Source: Raphidiopsis brookii D9 (GTDB lineage: Bacteria; Cyanobacteriota; Cyanobacteriia; Cyanobacteriales; Nostocaceae). Taken from it: a DNA stretch of 32,000 nt. The notes beneath the pieces are model-generated. The model had not been told where the DNA came from. It saw nothing but the letters and a program-made list of their open reading frames with translations, and searched no databases. Shown here in pieces: positions 17,285-27,351 of the stretch. Positions within the stretch are counted from its first letter, which is position 1. Each line of letters starts with the position of its first letter. A program made the position numbers and the translations under genes. Location: contig ACYB01000001.1 in the NCBI GenBank assembly GCA_000175855.1, forward strand, positions 5,576-37,575. The letters run 5' to 3'.

Positions 17285-19654
17285 TCAGTCAGGTTTGAGT
17301 CGTTCTCGCCAAGATGGTTGGCCAGCTGGGGAATTGGGAGTTGGGAGTGAGGATGGCACAGTCTGGAAATCATTGCGACGCCGCCTTCTTCTTCTGGTAG
17401 AAGTGGTATTTTCCTCAGTTGAGGATGGCACAGTCTGCACATCGTAGCGACGCCGCCTTCTTCTTCTGGTAGAAGTGGTGCTTTCCTCAGTTGAAGATGG
17501 CACAGTCTGCACATCGTAGCGACGCCGCCTTCTTCTTCTGGTAGAAGTATCCTGATCTTGGTCTAATTGCCAATTGCGCCCTCTTCTACCACTTTGGCTG
17601 GTAGATGAATTACCATCTTGAGAATCTGAGTTATCATCACGCTTAGAAAATTTAAAGCCAGCATTTTTCTTAGAAATTGGTTGAGCCTTGATTGTGGCTT
17701 TGCGCTTTGCCACTCGGGAAGGTCGTGGAAACTTTTCCACTTTCAGGTCTTTTACAGCTCCCTCCATGAATTGAGACCAGGTGTAAGCAGCTGTGGAACT
17801 GGAACCATGAGTAGGGCGATTGTTATCATTACCTAGCCAAATTCCTGTTACCATTTGGGGTATGTAGCCAATAAACCATAAATCCCTTGACTCATCAGAT
17901 GTACCGGTTTTTCCTGCTACTGGCCTGTCTGGCAATTGGGCGGCCCGTCCAGTACCGTTGGTAACTACATTGGTTAACATATTGGTCACAATACCACTGC
18001 TATCAGCATCCAAGGCTCTTTTAGGTTGGAAATTCGCACTCCAAATTACATCACCCTGACGATTAAGAATGCGACGAATGGCGTGTGCTTCCGTATGTAA
18101 ACCTTCAGTGGCAAAGGAACCATAGGCACTGGTTAATTCTAAAAGGTTAACCTCATTAGAACCAAGAGCTAAGGAGTAGTTATGTTCTAAACGTGATTTA
18201 ATCCCCATGTTTTGGGCAATTTTAATGGTTGGCTCATAGCCAACATCTATTAACACTTGAAGGGAAATTGTATTGATGGATAGAGCCAATGCGTCTTGCA
18301 TGCTCATTAAACCACGGAACTTCTCGCTATAATTCTTTGGCTCATAACCTCTAAATGAAATAGGCTGATCCATATATGTATCCCCTGGATTCTTACCTGA
18401 AGCTATGGCAGCTGCATATACAAAGGTTTTAAATGTTGAACCTGGCTGTCTTTGAGCTTGGGTTACTCTATTGAACTGAGTTTTGGCAAAATCTTTCCCT
18501 CCAACCATCACCTGAATTTCTCCATTACGGGGATTAATAGACACTAAGGCACCTTCTCGAAACCTTCCCCAAGTTCCTTCTGTTTTCAGGGTTTTTACTA
18601 GTACCTCTTCCGCCATTTTTTGCCAATTTGAATTTAAGCTAGTTTCTACAGTTAGTCCACCCGCTGCTAAAATATCGGGTTTCAGGTATTTGGGTAGCTG
18701 CTGCTGCACGTAGGAACAAAAATAGGGCGCAGTAACTTGAAATCGTCTGGGTAAATTACTCTTAACTGTAAGTGTTTGTTGAAGTGCGGACTGTTTTTCT
18801 TGGGGTGTAATTACTCCATCCTCCTCCATTCTTTGTAAAACCGTATTTCTTCTGGCTATAGCTCCAGGGAGATTCTTGTCGGGAGCGTAAATATTGGGTG
18901 CAGGAGCAAGACCAGCAATAGTGGCTATTTCTGATAAGTTCAGTTGATCTACTGTTTTGCCAAAATATACCCAGCTGGCATCTGCTACTCCGTAAGCTCC
19001 CGAACCTAAATAAACTAAATTTAGGTAACGTTCTAAAATTTCTTCTTTGGTGAGTTCCCCTTCTATTTTCTGGGCTAAACGCACTTCCTTGAGTTTGCGC
19101 CACAGAGTCCGCTCTTGACTAAGAAACAGAATTCTAGCCAGTTGTTGAGTAATGGTACTACCACCTTGAACTACGTTTTTTGACTGGAAGTTACTGAGAG
19201 TAGCCCTAATAATTCCCTGAAAGTCTATTCCATCATGTTGTTTGAATCTTCTGTCTTCTGACGCAATAAAGGCTAACTGCAATTTGTCTGGAATCTGTTG
19301 TATTTTTAACTGCTCTCTTGTTGCTTCCCCTTGCTGCATTAAGACAGTACTGTCCCCAGCTTTAATGGTCAGGGTTTGTTGCCTTATCATCGCATTAAGT
19401 TCTGATTTATCTGGTAAGGAACTGTCTACTGTCCGAATACCATAGTTTAAACCAATTATGGTACTACTTAAACCTAACCCCGCCCAGAACCAAATCTGCC
19501 GATAAAACGGCTTCTCACCTCTCCCAATTTTTTCTCTCACCATCAACGATAGCTGCTGAATATGCCCAAGTAACAAGCCCAATTTTGGTGGTATACTCAG
19601 GGGTAGTTTCTCATCTGTGGGATTCTCGTTTTTCTGATTATTACCAACTGGCAA
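17285..19654 (-). CDS. class A penicillin-binding protein (transglycosylase/transpeptidase) with Arg-rich repeat tail
   Basis: FIASEDRRFKQHDGIDFQGIIRA, QGGSTITQQLARILFLSQERTLWRKLKE, GSTFKTFVYAAAI, GKTGTSDESRDLWFIGY. Confidence 0.92.
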   Translation of the reverse strand: MPVGNNQKNENPTDEKLPLSIPPKLGLLLGHIQQLSLMVREKIGRGEKPFYRQIWFWAGLGLSSTIIGLNYGIRTVDSSLPDKSELNAMIRQQTLTIKAGDSTVLMQQGEATREQLKIQQIPDKLQLAFIASEDRRFKQHDGIDFQGIIRATLSNFQSKNVVQGGSTITQQLARILFLSQERTLWRKLKEVRLAQKIEGELTKEEILERYLNLVYLGSGAYGVADASWVYFGKTVDQLNLSEIATIAGLAPAPNIYAPDKNLPGAIARRNTVLQRMEEDGVITPQEKQSALQQTLTVKSNLPRRFQVTAPYFCSYVQQQLPKYLKPDILAAGGLTVETSLNSNWQKMAEEVLVKTLKTEGTWGRFREGALVSINPRNGEIQVMVGGKDFAKTQFNRVTQAQRQPGSTFKTFVYAAAIASGKNPGDTYMDQPISFRGYEPKNYSEKFRGLMSMQDALALSINTISLQVLIDVGYEPTIKIAQNMGIKSRLEHNYSLALGSNEVNLLELTSAYGSFATEGLHTEAHAIRRILNRQGDVIWSANFQPKRALDADSSGIVTNMLTNVVTNGTGRAAQLPDRPVAGKTGTSDESRDLWFIGYIPQMVTGIWLGNDNNRPTHGSSSTAAYTWSQFMEGAVKDLKVEKFPRPSRVAKRKATIKAQPISKKNAGFKFSKRDDNSDSQDGNSSTSQSGRRGRNWQLDQDQDTSTRRRRRRRYDVQTVPSSTEESTTSTRRRRRRRYDVQTVPSSTEENTTSTRRRRRRRNDFQTVPSSLPTPNSPAGQPSWRERLKPD
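17349..17549 (-). repeat. 72-bp tandem repeat (about 2.8 copies) encoding TSTRRRRRRRYDVQTVPSSTEE(S/N)T
   Basis: Copies begin at 17349, 17421 and 17493 (exact 72-bp period, in frame with the PBP, 24 aa per unit). Confidence 0.93.
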
Positions 19655-19913
19655 GAGTCATTTCTCCTTATCAGACGTAGTTTAAGTGAAGTTTTAATTG
19701 TTTTAATTATAGCTTTAGCCAGAACGCCATGGACAGGTCTGATGGCTAAGCTAAAAGTCAGTGCTGGTGTTCTGAATCGCCCCATTCCCAGTGGCTACGG
19801 CTATAGTTAGTGACTAATATCACTCATACTGAGCCGTTTCAACCACAGTAGTTTTAATGTAAAACTGGCAAATTTCCCTCTTTCCGGAGATATTTTGGGC
19901 GAATTTCCCTTAG

Positions 19914-20336
19914 TTAGTTTTGTACGTCCACCCAGCGACGGTAAAGTTTTTGAATTTTCCTGAGCAAGGAGGTGTAAATTGTTTGATTATAATCCAAGTT
20001 TTTAGTTAAATCCTGTATTTTTGTTAGCAATTTAGCCTCTTCCGTAGCCACTTCACCATCACTATAGATTAACCCACTGATGGATTCAATTAAGTCTTGA
20101 CACTGTTCTAAACTAGGGCGATCGCCTAAATACTCTCTTACCCATTGATAGCATTGATCTGGTTTAACTTGAACTAACTCGTAGAGCCAAGGTTTGATTT
20201 CTGGATCAGCAGAAAGACCCTTAGAATGGGCTATCTCTCTGAGATATTGTCTTTCCTCTGGCTGAATTCTACCATCAATCCAAGCTGCACCAATGAGAAT
20301 TTTAACTAGATTTTTTACGTCGGGATGATTAACCAT
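19914..20336 (-). CDS. TerB-family (tellurite-resistance-like) protein
   Basis: VKILIGAAWIDGRIQPEERQYLREIAHSKGL...ISGLIYSDGEVATEEAKLLTKI; TerB-like paired helical pattern. Confidence 0.65.
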   Translation of the reverse strand: MVNHPDVKNLVKILIGAAWIDGRIQPEERQYLREIAHSKGLSADPEIKPWLYELVQVKPDQCYQWVREYLGDRPSLEQCQDLIESISGLIYSDGEVATEEAKLLTKIQDLTKNLDYNQTIYTSLLRKIQKLYRRWVDVQN

Positions 20337-20399
20337 TTTGCCTCCTCCAGTAGATTCGGACTCTGGTTAAATGATACAATAGTTGGGGATATTTCAAGT

Positions 20400-21740
20400 C
20401 TAATCCTTGTTTTTTCTTAAACGCACTAAGAAAAAACCGTCCATAAGCTGTTGGTGTGGCCAGAGCTTTAACCATCCGGGGGAGGAAACATCCAGAAAAT
20501 CAAAGTTTGGCTTTTCCATCTCCCACTGGGGATTGATATGCAAAAATTCTCTAATTAGGTCCTCGTTCTCCTGGGGATGCAAGGTGCAAGTAGCATAGAC
20601 TAAGACTCCTCCTGGCTTGACAAACTTGGCAGTATGGGATATAAGTTCTTTCTGTATGTGAGCAAGATCTCCTACGGAGCTAGGGTCTTGTCGCCAGCGT
20701 GCATCAGCGTGACGGTGCATAGTCCCTAAACCAGAACAGGGAGCGTCTAACAGTACCCGGTCAGCTACATGGTGGAATTGAGTAAAATTGCGACTGTCTC
20801 CAGGAAAAATTTCAATGGATTGCAAACGGAGACGTTGAGCATTTTCACTGAGTTTACGTAAGCGAGAAGGAGTGCGATCGCAGGCATATATTTTGCCATT
20901 ATCACCCATTAATTCGGCAATGTGGGTGGTTTTTCCCCCGGGGGCGGCACAAACATCAATAATCACCTCACCAGGCTTAGGATCGAGCAAATGACCAACT
21001 AACTGGGCCGCAGCATCTTGTATGCACCACCATCCCTCAGTGAAACCTGGTAAATTTTGAATTGGTCCAGCAGGGTTGACTAACCTTAACCCCTGGGGTA
21101 AGTGGGGTATCCTATCCACTAAAATACCAGCCTTTTTAAAAACTGATTCCACCATTTCTAGGGAAGCTCGAAGAATATTGACCCGTAAATCAATCGTCGG
21201 AGTTTGATTCATCCACTGACAGAGTTTTTCCGTTTCTTCCTGGCCCAACTGTGATAACCAAACCTCAATTACCCAATTGGGAAAGCTGTATAAAATACCT
21301 AGTCTTTCTACCAAATTTTCCGGAAGGATCAGGGGATCAGAGGTCTTTTCCAAAAGACGTATATATTGGCGTAAAAAACCATTCACAAAACCAGTTAACC
21401 CGGGGAAACCATTTTCTTTTGCCAGTTGCACAGTAGTATTGACAGCAGCAGAAACGGGGATTTTTTGTTGGTAACGCAGTTGATACAAACCCAGATGCAA
21501 AATACATCGCAGATCCCTTGGCTGTTGTTGTGATTTTTTATCAGCAATTTGGTCAATTATTGCATCTAAGCTGCGTTGTCTCCTCACACTACCGTAGACC
21601 AATTCTGTCATTAATCGTCGGTCATGATCAGACAACTTAAACTTCTGTAAAGTGCGATCGATAGCAATATCAGCATAAGCTCCCCGGTGTACTTCTCTGA
21701 GAGCAGTAAATGCTATTTGTCGAGTAGATAAGGTTTTCAT
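20400..21740 (-). CDS. rsmB: 16S rRNA (cytosine(967)-C(5))-methyltransferase
   Basis: N-terminal NusB-like domain (TRQIAFTALREVHRGAYADIAIDR), DVCAAPGGKTTHIAELMGD, VLLDAPCSGLGTMHRHADARW, YATCTLHPQENE. ORF extends to 21797 but MKTLSTRQ at 21740 is the likely start. Confidence 0.9.
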   Translation of the reverse strand: MKTLSTRQIAFTALREVHRGAYADIAIDRTLQKFKLSDHDRRLMTELVYGSVRRQRSLDAIIDQIADKKSQQQPRDLRCILHLGLYQLRYQQKIPVSAAVNTTVQLAKENGFPGLTGFVNGFLRQYIRLLEKTSDPLILPENLVERLGILYSFPNWVIEVWLSQLGQEETEKLCQWMNQTPTIDLRVNILRASLEMVESVFKKAGILVDRIPHLPQGLRLVNPAGPIQNLPGFTEGWWCIQDAAAQLVGHLLDPKPGEVIIDVCAAPGGKTTHIAELMGDNGKIYACDRTPSRLRKLSENAQRLRLQSIEIFPGDSRNFTQFHHVADRVLLDAPCSGLGTMHRHADARWRQDPSSVGDLAHIQKELISHTAKFVKPGGVLVYATCTLHPQENEDLIREFLHINPQWEMEKPNFDFLDVSSPGWLKLWPHQQLMDGFFLVRLRKNKD

Positions 21741-21838
21741 AAAAGGATCATTATACCATTTTAACATGCACTGAACAAAGGGAATTGCCTGGGGCAATTC
21801 CCTTCTTGCACAGTTGTCAAAGGTGCTGTGGTATTGAT

Positions 21839-22684
21839 TTATCTTCTTCTGCTACCAAAACCGCCAGAGCGCCGAACCCCAGAAGAACGAGATCCACTGC
21901 CAAAACTACTACCAGAATTACGTCGCAGAGAACTAGACCGCCCTGATGAGCGGAGATTACTACCCCCAAAGCCAGATCCAGTAGCTCTACCACCAGTATT
22001 ATTCCGATTTGTCAATCCACTATTAGATCTAAGGGATCCAGTAGTACGGAAAACTGCACGATTTCTCACAGCTGCAGGTGGTTGATTATAGCGACTTTGA
22101 TAACTAGAAACTGCTGCATTATAGCTAGAACCATATCCACCATGACCATAAATACCACCGGGTTGATAAACGGGGGGTACGTAGTACTGAGGTCTGAATA
22201 ACATACTACCAATGGCCTGACCTGCTATATTACCAGCTACAGCAGCTGCGAAAGGAGTCCAGAAACTAGACTCTTGACGGACAAAAACCGTTTCCTGCTG
22301 TCCGGTTTGAGGATTACTTCTGGTTTCGGTAACATTATGGACATACTCAATTTTAAAGTCCTCGGTTATATATAAGGCTAGTTGTCCATTCTCCACCTTT
22401 AAATAACTTTTTTTGCCCTCTTTGACTTCCTCATCAGTTAAACGAGCCATTTGTAATTTCTCCGTGGCAAAAGTTGGTGGTTGATTGCCCAGCAAAAATA
22501 GGGTATACTCACCATTGGCATCGTTATAAGTAACCTGTTGTACTTGATACTGTCCATCATTGAGTTTAGTGGGGGTTGCACTTTGACTACCATTGGAGTA
22601 GGTGGTATTTTGGGAACCTCCCCCACAAGCAATGGTTGTTAAGCACAAAGTTAGGGCTAAACAAACAATTGTCAGTTTACGCAT
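21839..22684 (-). CDS. predicted lipoprotein with Gly/Ser/Arg-rich C-terminus
   Basis: MRKLTIVCLALTLCLTTIACGGGSQN contains a plausible lipobox; tail ...GFGGSNLRSSGRSSSLRRNSGSSFGSGSRSSGVRRSGGFGSRRR. ORF track start 22759; ATG at 22684 fits the signal peptide better. Confidence 0.7.
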   Translation of the reverse strand: MRKLTIVCLALTLCLTTIACGGGSQNTTYSNGSQSATPTKLNDGQYQVQQVTYNDANGEYTLFLLGNQPPTFATEKLQMARLTDEEVKEGKKSYLKVENGQLALYITEDFKIEYVHNVTETRSNPQTGQQETVFVRQESSFWTPFAAAVAGNIAGQAIGSMLFRPQYYVPPVYQPGGIYGHGGYGSSYNAAVSSYQSRYNQPPAAVRNRAVFRTTGSLRSNSGLTNRNNTGGRATGSGFGGSNLRSSGRSSSLRRNSGSSFGSGSRSSGVRRSGGFGSRRR

Positions 22685-22764
22685 TATAGTCTTGACCATT
22701 TGAATAATTTGATTTTTCCGGGGTGTTATTTTTGATTGCCAATAACTCAAGGTTAACAAGAAAA

Positions 22765-23352
22765 TTAGAGAGGAATCAACTCTGGATAATATTCTAACAA
22801 ATGATCATCTGTCAGTTCATCGCCCAAGCGTGCAGGAGAGAAGTGAACTTGGATGGCTCTAAGTTTATTTTGGTAGTGTAAGTTCACTAATGATTTTAAC
22901 CCAGCTTTGAGGGAAGAAATCTGGGCTAGATTTGTTTCTATTTCTGGTACTTCACCTTCAAAAGCAACTGTGATCATAACTAGCACATTCCGGGTAACGG
23001 GAATGGATAACGCCTGACCTGGACTAGAACCGGTATCAAGGTCAGCTCCATATCTCCCCGCAGAATCAGTAAATAATTCATTTACATAGTCTCCCGCTTC
23101 TCCCTCGTTCCAGAATACATCTCCCTCATTACCAGCAGCAACCCAGCACTGGTCATATCTCAACAGGGTTTCACACACTGTGACTAGTTGCTCTCCTAAT
23201 GATTCTAAATCACCTTCAGCATCTATTGCTTCTCTAGCAGCACTATTTAAGACTCCTAAAATTGGTGCCACTTCCTGACCATTCAGGTGCAAAAATATAC
23301 GGGAGACTACGTAACGTGTTCTACCGATAAACTTATTAAATAAATTGGCCAT
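22765..23352 (-). CDS. conserved cyanobacterial hypothetical protein
   Basis: 195-aa ORF MANLFNKFIGRTRYVVSRIFLHLNGQEVAPILGVLNSAAREAIDAEGDL...; no domain named with confidence. Confidence 0.6.
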   Translation of the reverse strand: MANLFNKFIGRTRYVVSRIFLHLNGQEVAPILGVLNSAAREAIDAEGDLESLGEQLVTVCETLLRYDQCWVAAGNEGDVFWNEGEAGDYVNELFTDSAGRYGADLDTGSSPGQALSIPVTRNVLVMITVAFEGEVPEIETNLAQISSLKAGLKSLVNLHYQNKLRAIQVHFSPARLGDELTDDHLLEYYPELIPL

Positions 23353-23431
23353 TTTTTCCCAATAGATTTTGTAGTCCTTTATTCCAATATGATATCAGAA
23401 AGAGGGATTAGGAAAGGAAGAGAAAAGAAGA

Positions 23432-23968
23432 TTAAATCAATCTCTGGTTCATCAGTTTTTGGTATTCTGCTTCACTAATGAGGTCTTGGGGAGATTCGAC
23501 CCGGTCTAAAAATACTAAACCTTCCAAGTGATCATACTCATGTTGAAAAATTCTTGCCACGAAGTTGACTAACTCCTGTTTTTGAAAATTACCATTTCTA
23601 TCAGTATATTCCACTTGAATTCTTTCATACCTAGGAACCAAACCCCTGATTCCTGGAACACTTAAACAACCTTCCCATCCTTTGGTAATTTCTGTTCCAT
23701 AACCAACTATTTTAGGATTAATCATTGGTGTTGGCTCCATTTCCGGTGCGTGGGGATATCTGGGATTAGGACGGGAAGCTACAATAAATAGGCGCAATGA
23801 TTGGGCCACTTGGGGTGCAGCAATGCCCACCCCATTGGACTGGGCAACTGTGGTTATTAAATGATCAATTAGTTGTTGTATTTCCCGATCATTTATCGCT
23901 TCAATTTCTGTAGCTTTTTGCTGTAATAAGAGATTGCCCAATTGAATAATTGATGATTTACCAGTCAT
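23432..23968 (-). CDS. def: peptide deformylase
   Basis: GVGIAAPQV, EGCLSVPGIRG, ARIFQHEYDHLEGLVFLDR. Confidence 0.93.
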   Translation of the reverse strand: MTGKSSIIQLGNLLLQQKATEIEAINDREIQQLIDHLITTVAQSNGVGIAAPQVAQSLRLFIVASRPNPRYPHAPEMEPTPMINPKIVGYGTEITKGWEGCLSVPGIRGLVPRYERIQVEYTDRNGNFQKQELVNFVARIFQHEYDHLEGLVFLDRVESPQDLISEAEYQKLMNQRLI

Positions 23969-24044
23969 ATTTTAACTTCCTATTTCCTACTATTAATTAC
24001 TATACTAGATAGTATAGCATGTTATTTAAGCCCGTGTTGTAAAA

Positions 24045-25217
24045 CTATCTTCGGGATCTTATCGGTAGGGGTCCTGGCTTAACAGTTAAATTTAAATTTG
24101 TACCATTACGCTCCACTTCTATTGCCAGAGGAGTTCCAATTTGACTTTTTTCTACAAGTTTTTGCACTTCCTCGACTTTAGTAATTGATTGGTTGTTAAT
24201 GCTTTTAATTACATCCCCTGCTCTTAGTCCTCCCTCTGCTGCTGGTGATTGAGGAACAATTCTAACTAAGAATACTCCTTTATCAGTAATAATATTGACC
24301 CTACCATCAAATCTACCAACTATTCTATTCTTAATCTCAGGAGTGAGGGTGATCATTTCTACTCCCAAATAAGGATGATCAACGCGACCATTGGTAATTA
24401 ATTCTTGGGCAATTTTTTTCACGGTATTAATGGGAATAGCAAAACCTAAACCTTGGGCACCTTGAATAATCGCAGTGTTCATACCTATGGCTTCCCCGCG
24501 AGCATTTAAAAGCGGACCCCCAGAATTACCTGGATTAATCGCTGCATCAGTTTGTAAGTAATCTACCCGTTTATCACTAGCACCAATATCAGTGCTAGAC
24601 CGATCTGTAGCGCTGATGATGCCAGAAGTTACGGTATTGTTTAAACCTAAAGGATTACCAATAGCAATTACTGCTTCTCCAGGCTGTAAGTCACTGGAAT
24701 TACCTAGAGTTAAAGTGGGCAGATTTTGAGCATTAATTTGGATAACTGCCACGTCTGTAACCGCATCTTCGCCCAACACCTTACCATCAAAACTACGCCC
24801 GTCTTTCAGAGTTACTGTTACCTGATCCGCACCGTCTACCACATGGGAATTAGTTAAAATTTGACCAGAAGCATTAATGATAAATCCTGAACCACTACCT
24901 CTTTCTACCCTTTGTTCTGGTTGGGGAAGAGCATCACCAAAAAATCTACGTAAGAATGGGTCAGAAAACTCTTCTGGTACTTGAGAGGTAACAGTTCTGG
25001 CAGAGTCAATACGGACAACCGCACTTCCCACTTTTTGCACTACTTGAACAATAAAATTTGGATCACCACCAACTACGACCACAGAATTGGACTTAGTGGT
25101 TGATTCAACTTGAGGGTTGATTTTTTGTGGTGTGAGATTTCTGCCATTTAAATTGGAGCAGCCTGTCACAATTACGATTAGTCCAGTCATGAATATTGAG
25201 CGTTTTAATTGAGCCAT
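24045..25217 (-). CDS. HtrA/Deg-family trypsin-like serine protease with PDZ domain
   Basis: GSGFIINASGQILTNSHVVDGAD, DVAVIQI, TDAAINPGNSGGPLLNARGEAIGMNTAI and a C-terminal PDZ; N-terminus MAQLKRSIFMTGLIVIVTGCSN from ATG 25217. Confidence 0.9.
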   Translation of the reverse strand: MAQLKRSIFMTGLIVIVTGCSNLNGRNLTPQKINPQVESTTKSNSVVVVGGDPNFIVQVVQKVGSAVVRIDSARTVTSQVPEEFSDPFLRRFFGDALPQPEQRVERGSGSGFIINASGQILTNSHVVDGADQVTVTLKDGRSFDGKVLGEDAVTDVAVIQINAQNLPTLTLGNSSDLQPGEAVIAIGNPLGLNNTVTSGIISATDRSSTDIGASDKRVDYLQTDAAINPGNSGGPLLNARGEAIGMNTAIIQGAQGLGFAIPINTVKKIAQELITNGRVDHPYLGVEMITLTPEIKNRIVGRFDGRVNIITDKGVFLVRIVPQSPAAEGGLRAGDVIKSINNQSITKVEEVQKLVEKSQIGTPLAIEVERNGTNLNLTVKPGPLPIRSRR

Positions 25218-25362
25218 GGAAGGATGAATGAAGGTGGAAAATAAGTAATTGATCATAATTTTGTGGTGGAGCTGGTGGGGGATTGGAAGCATGAGCTAGG
25301 ATAGCGGAAAATTTGCCAGGAAAATTTGCTAGTATGATCCTTCACTATCTGTGTTCAGATTT

Positions 25363-26517
25363 ATGAAATTAATTTGCTCTCAAAGCGATCTTAGTACCAA
25401 TCTCGCCCTGGTCAGTCGTGCAGTGCCATCTAGACCCACCCATCCCATATTAGCTAATGTACTTTTGCAAGCAGATGAAAATACGAACCAAGTTAGTTTA
25501 ACAGCTTTTGATTTAAGCTTAGGTATTCGTACCAGTTTCACTGCGGAGGTAATAGAAGGTGGAGCAATTGCTCTCCCTGCTAAAATCTTAGTGGATATTA
25601 CTTCCCGCTTACCAGAGGGGGATATTACCCTAGATAACCAGTCGGGGAGATCTAAGGCTAAGGCAGAAGGTATAAATTTTATTCTAAAGCCCAAAAATGG
25701 TAAGTACGAACTGCGGTCCATGGGGGCAGAAGAATTTCCCGAATTACCCCTAATTGAGAATTCCAATGCCATTCAACTGACTACTGCGGCTCTAGTTGAG
25801 GGTTTAAAAGGTTCATTATTTGCTACTAGTAGTGATGAAACCAAGCAGGTTCTAACAGGGGTACATTTAACAGTTAAACAAGATGTTTTAGAATTTGCAG
25901 CTACGGATGGACATCGGCTAGCAGTGTTAGAAACCATTAATGAACGCCCCCTAGAAAATGATGAACAACTAGAAGTGACCGTACCTGCCAGGGCATTACG
26001 AGAACTACAGAGGATGCTAAATCATAGCGCTTCAGAAGAAGCAGTGTCTTTGTACTTAGACGAAGGTCAAATAGTATTTGCTTGGCAAAATCAACGTTTA
26101 ACTAGTCGCACCTTGGAGGGTCAATACCCTTCCTATAGACAATTAATACCTCGTCAGTTTGAAAGACAACTGGTGTTAGAAAGAAAACAATTTATTAGCA
26201 CTTTGGAACGAATTGCCATACTAGCTGACCAGAAAAATAATATTGTTAAAATCAATATTAATACTGGAGACCAGGAAATTACTTTATCATGTGAGGCTCA
26301 AGATGTAGGTAATGCTACTGAGTCTATGCCCGCACAAATTTCCGGAGAAGACATTGTTATTGCTTTTAATGTCAAATATTTACTAGAAGGACTCAAAGAA
26401 TTGCCATCCACAGAAATTCAGATGCACTTGAATCAAAGTCTAACTCCGGTGATTTTTACCCCGTTAGGTGGTTTAAAGATGACCTATTTGGCTATGCCCG
26501 TACAGTTAAGAAATTAA
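25363..26517 (+). CDS. dnaN: DNA polymerase III subunit beta (sliding clamp)
   Basis: MKLICSQSDLSTNLALVSRAVPSRPTHPILANVLL, FDLSLGIRTSF, ATDGHRLAVL, FNVKYLLEGLK. ATG at 25363 preferred over the track's GTG at 25351. Confidence 0.94.
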   Translation: MKLICSQSDLSTNLALVSRAVPSRPTHPILANVLLQADENTNQVSLTAFDLSLGIRTSFTAEVIEGGAIALPAKILVDITSRLPEGDITLDNQSGRSKAKAEGINFILKPKNGKYELRSMGAEEFPELPLIENSNAIQLTTAALVEGLKGSLFATSSDETKQVLTGVHLTVKQDVLEFAATDGHRLAVLETINERPLENDEQLEVTVPARALRELQRMLNHSASEEAVSLYLDEGQIVFAWQNQRLTSRTLEGQYPSYRQLIPRQFERQLVLERKQFISTLERIAILADQKNNIVKININTGDQEITLSCEAQDVGNATESMPAQISGEDIVIAFNVKYLLEGLKELPSTEIQMHLNQSLTPVIFTPLGGLKMTYLAMPVQLRN

Positions 26518-26685
26518 GCGGGTCTGCACTCAGTCAGCCTTGAGATTATCCAAAGAAATAATTTGGCAATCAATTACGCACAATCCTAATGACTATGATA
26601 TAGTCTTAACAGATTGTTACCAAACTGTCACAAACCCCACGTCAAAAATTGGATATAATATAAGATTGAAGGAGAAGTAACTCAA

Positions 26686-27282
26686 ATGACACTCACTAGT
26701 CTTCGTGTTGGCCAACAAGCTCCCGACTTTGAGGCAACCGCTGTAGTAGACCAAGAATTTAAAAATATCAAAATTGCCGACTATCGTGGCAAGTATGTGG
26801 TCTTGTTTTTCTACCCTCTAGACTTTACCTTTGTTTGTCCCACCGAGATCACGGCATTTAGCGATCGCTACGAAGAGTTTAAGAAATTGAACACAGAGGT
26901 ATTAGGTATTTCTGTGGATAGTGAATTTTCTCACTTGGCGTGGATTCAAGCAGACCGCAAATCTGGTGGTGTGGGTGATTTAAACTATCCCCTGGTTTCG
27001 GATATTAAAAAAGAAATTAGCACTGCTTACAACGTTCTGGATCCCGATGCGGGGATTGCTTTGCGTGGTTTGTTTATCATTGACAAAGATGGAGTTATTC
27101 AACACGCCACTATAAATAACTTGGCTTTTGGTCGTAGCGTAGATGAAACTTTACGTGTATTACAAGCAGTTCAGCACGTACAATCCCATCCCGATGAAGT
27201 TTGTCCAGCTGGCTGGCAACCGGGAGAAAAGACCATGATTCCCGATCCTGTAAAGTCTAAGGTGTACTTCGCAGCAGTATAA
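26686..27282 (+). CDS. 2-Cys peroxiredoxin
   Basis: [21 protein letters not shown] (peroxidatic Cys) and resolving Cys in [13 protein letters not shown]; ATG 26686 preceded by a GGAG site. Confidence 0.95.
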   Translation: MTLTSLRVGQQAPDFEATAVVDQEFKNIKIADYRGKYVVLFFYPLDFTFVCPTEITAFSDRYEEFKKLNTEVLGISVDSEFSHLAWIQADRKSGGVGDLNYPLVSDIKKEISTAYNVLDPDAGIALRGLFIIDKDGVIQHATINNLAFGRSVDETLRVLQAVQHVQSHPDEVCPAGWQPGEKTMIPDPVKSKVYFAAV

Positions 27283-27291
27283 AGTGAAACA

Positions 27292-27330
27292 AACCAGCGG
27301 AGGGATTTTTCCCAACTGCTGGTTGTTTTT
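27292..27330 (+). terminator. Rho-independent terminator downstream of the peroxiredoxin
   Basis: AACCAGC at 27292-27298 pairs with GCTGGTT at 27318-27324, with a nested GGGA...TCCC stem, followed by GTTTTT. Confidence 0.75.
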
Positions 27331-27351
27331 GGACAGAGTTCTATCCTTAAC

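Noticed and set aside
17233-17514. Minus-strand 93-aa ORF MCRLCHLQLRKAPLLPEEEGGVAT... with cysteine-containing repeats
   Set aside because: Out-of-frame reading of the 72-bp repeat and 3' end of the PBP gene; the PBP frame is clearly the real one.
18762-19103. Plus-strand 113-aa ORF
   Set aside because: Antisense to conserved PBP transglycosylase motifs.
19725-19830. Possible short peptide MAKLKVSAGVLNRPIPSGYGYS considered as a RiPP-like precursor
   Set aside because: No Shine-Dalgarno, only 22 aa, no adjacent modification or protease genes; more likely non-coding or decayed sequence.
21828-22085. Plus-strand 85-aa Pro/Arg-rich ORF
   Set aside because: Complement of the Gly/Ser/Arg-rich lipoprotein tail; a composition artefact.
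25380-25772. Minus-strand 130-aa ORF
   Set aside because: Antisense to conserved dnaN N-terminal domain.
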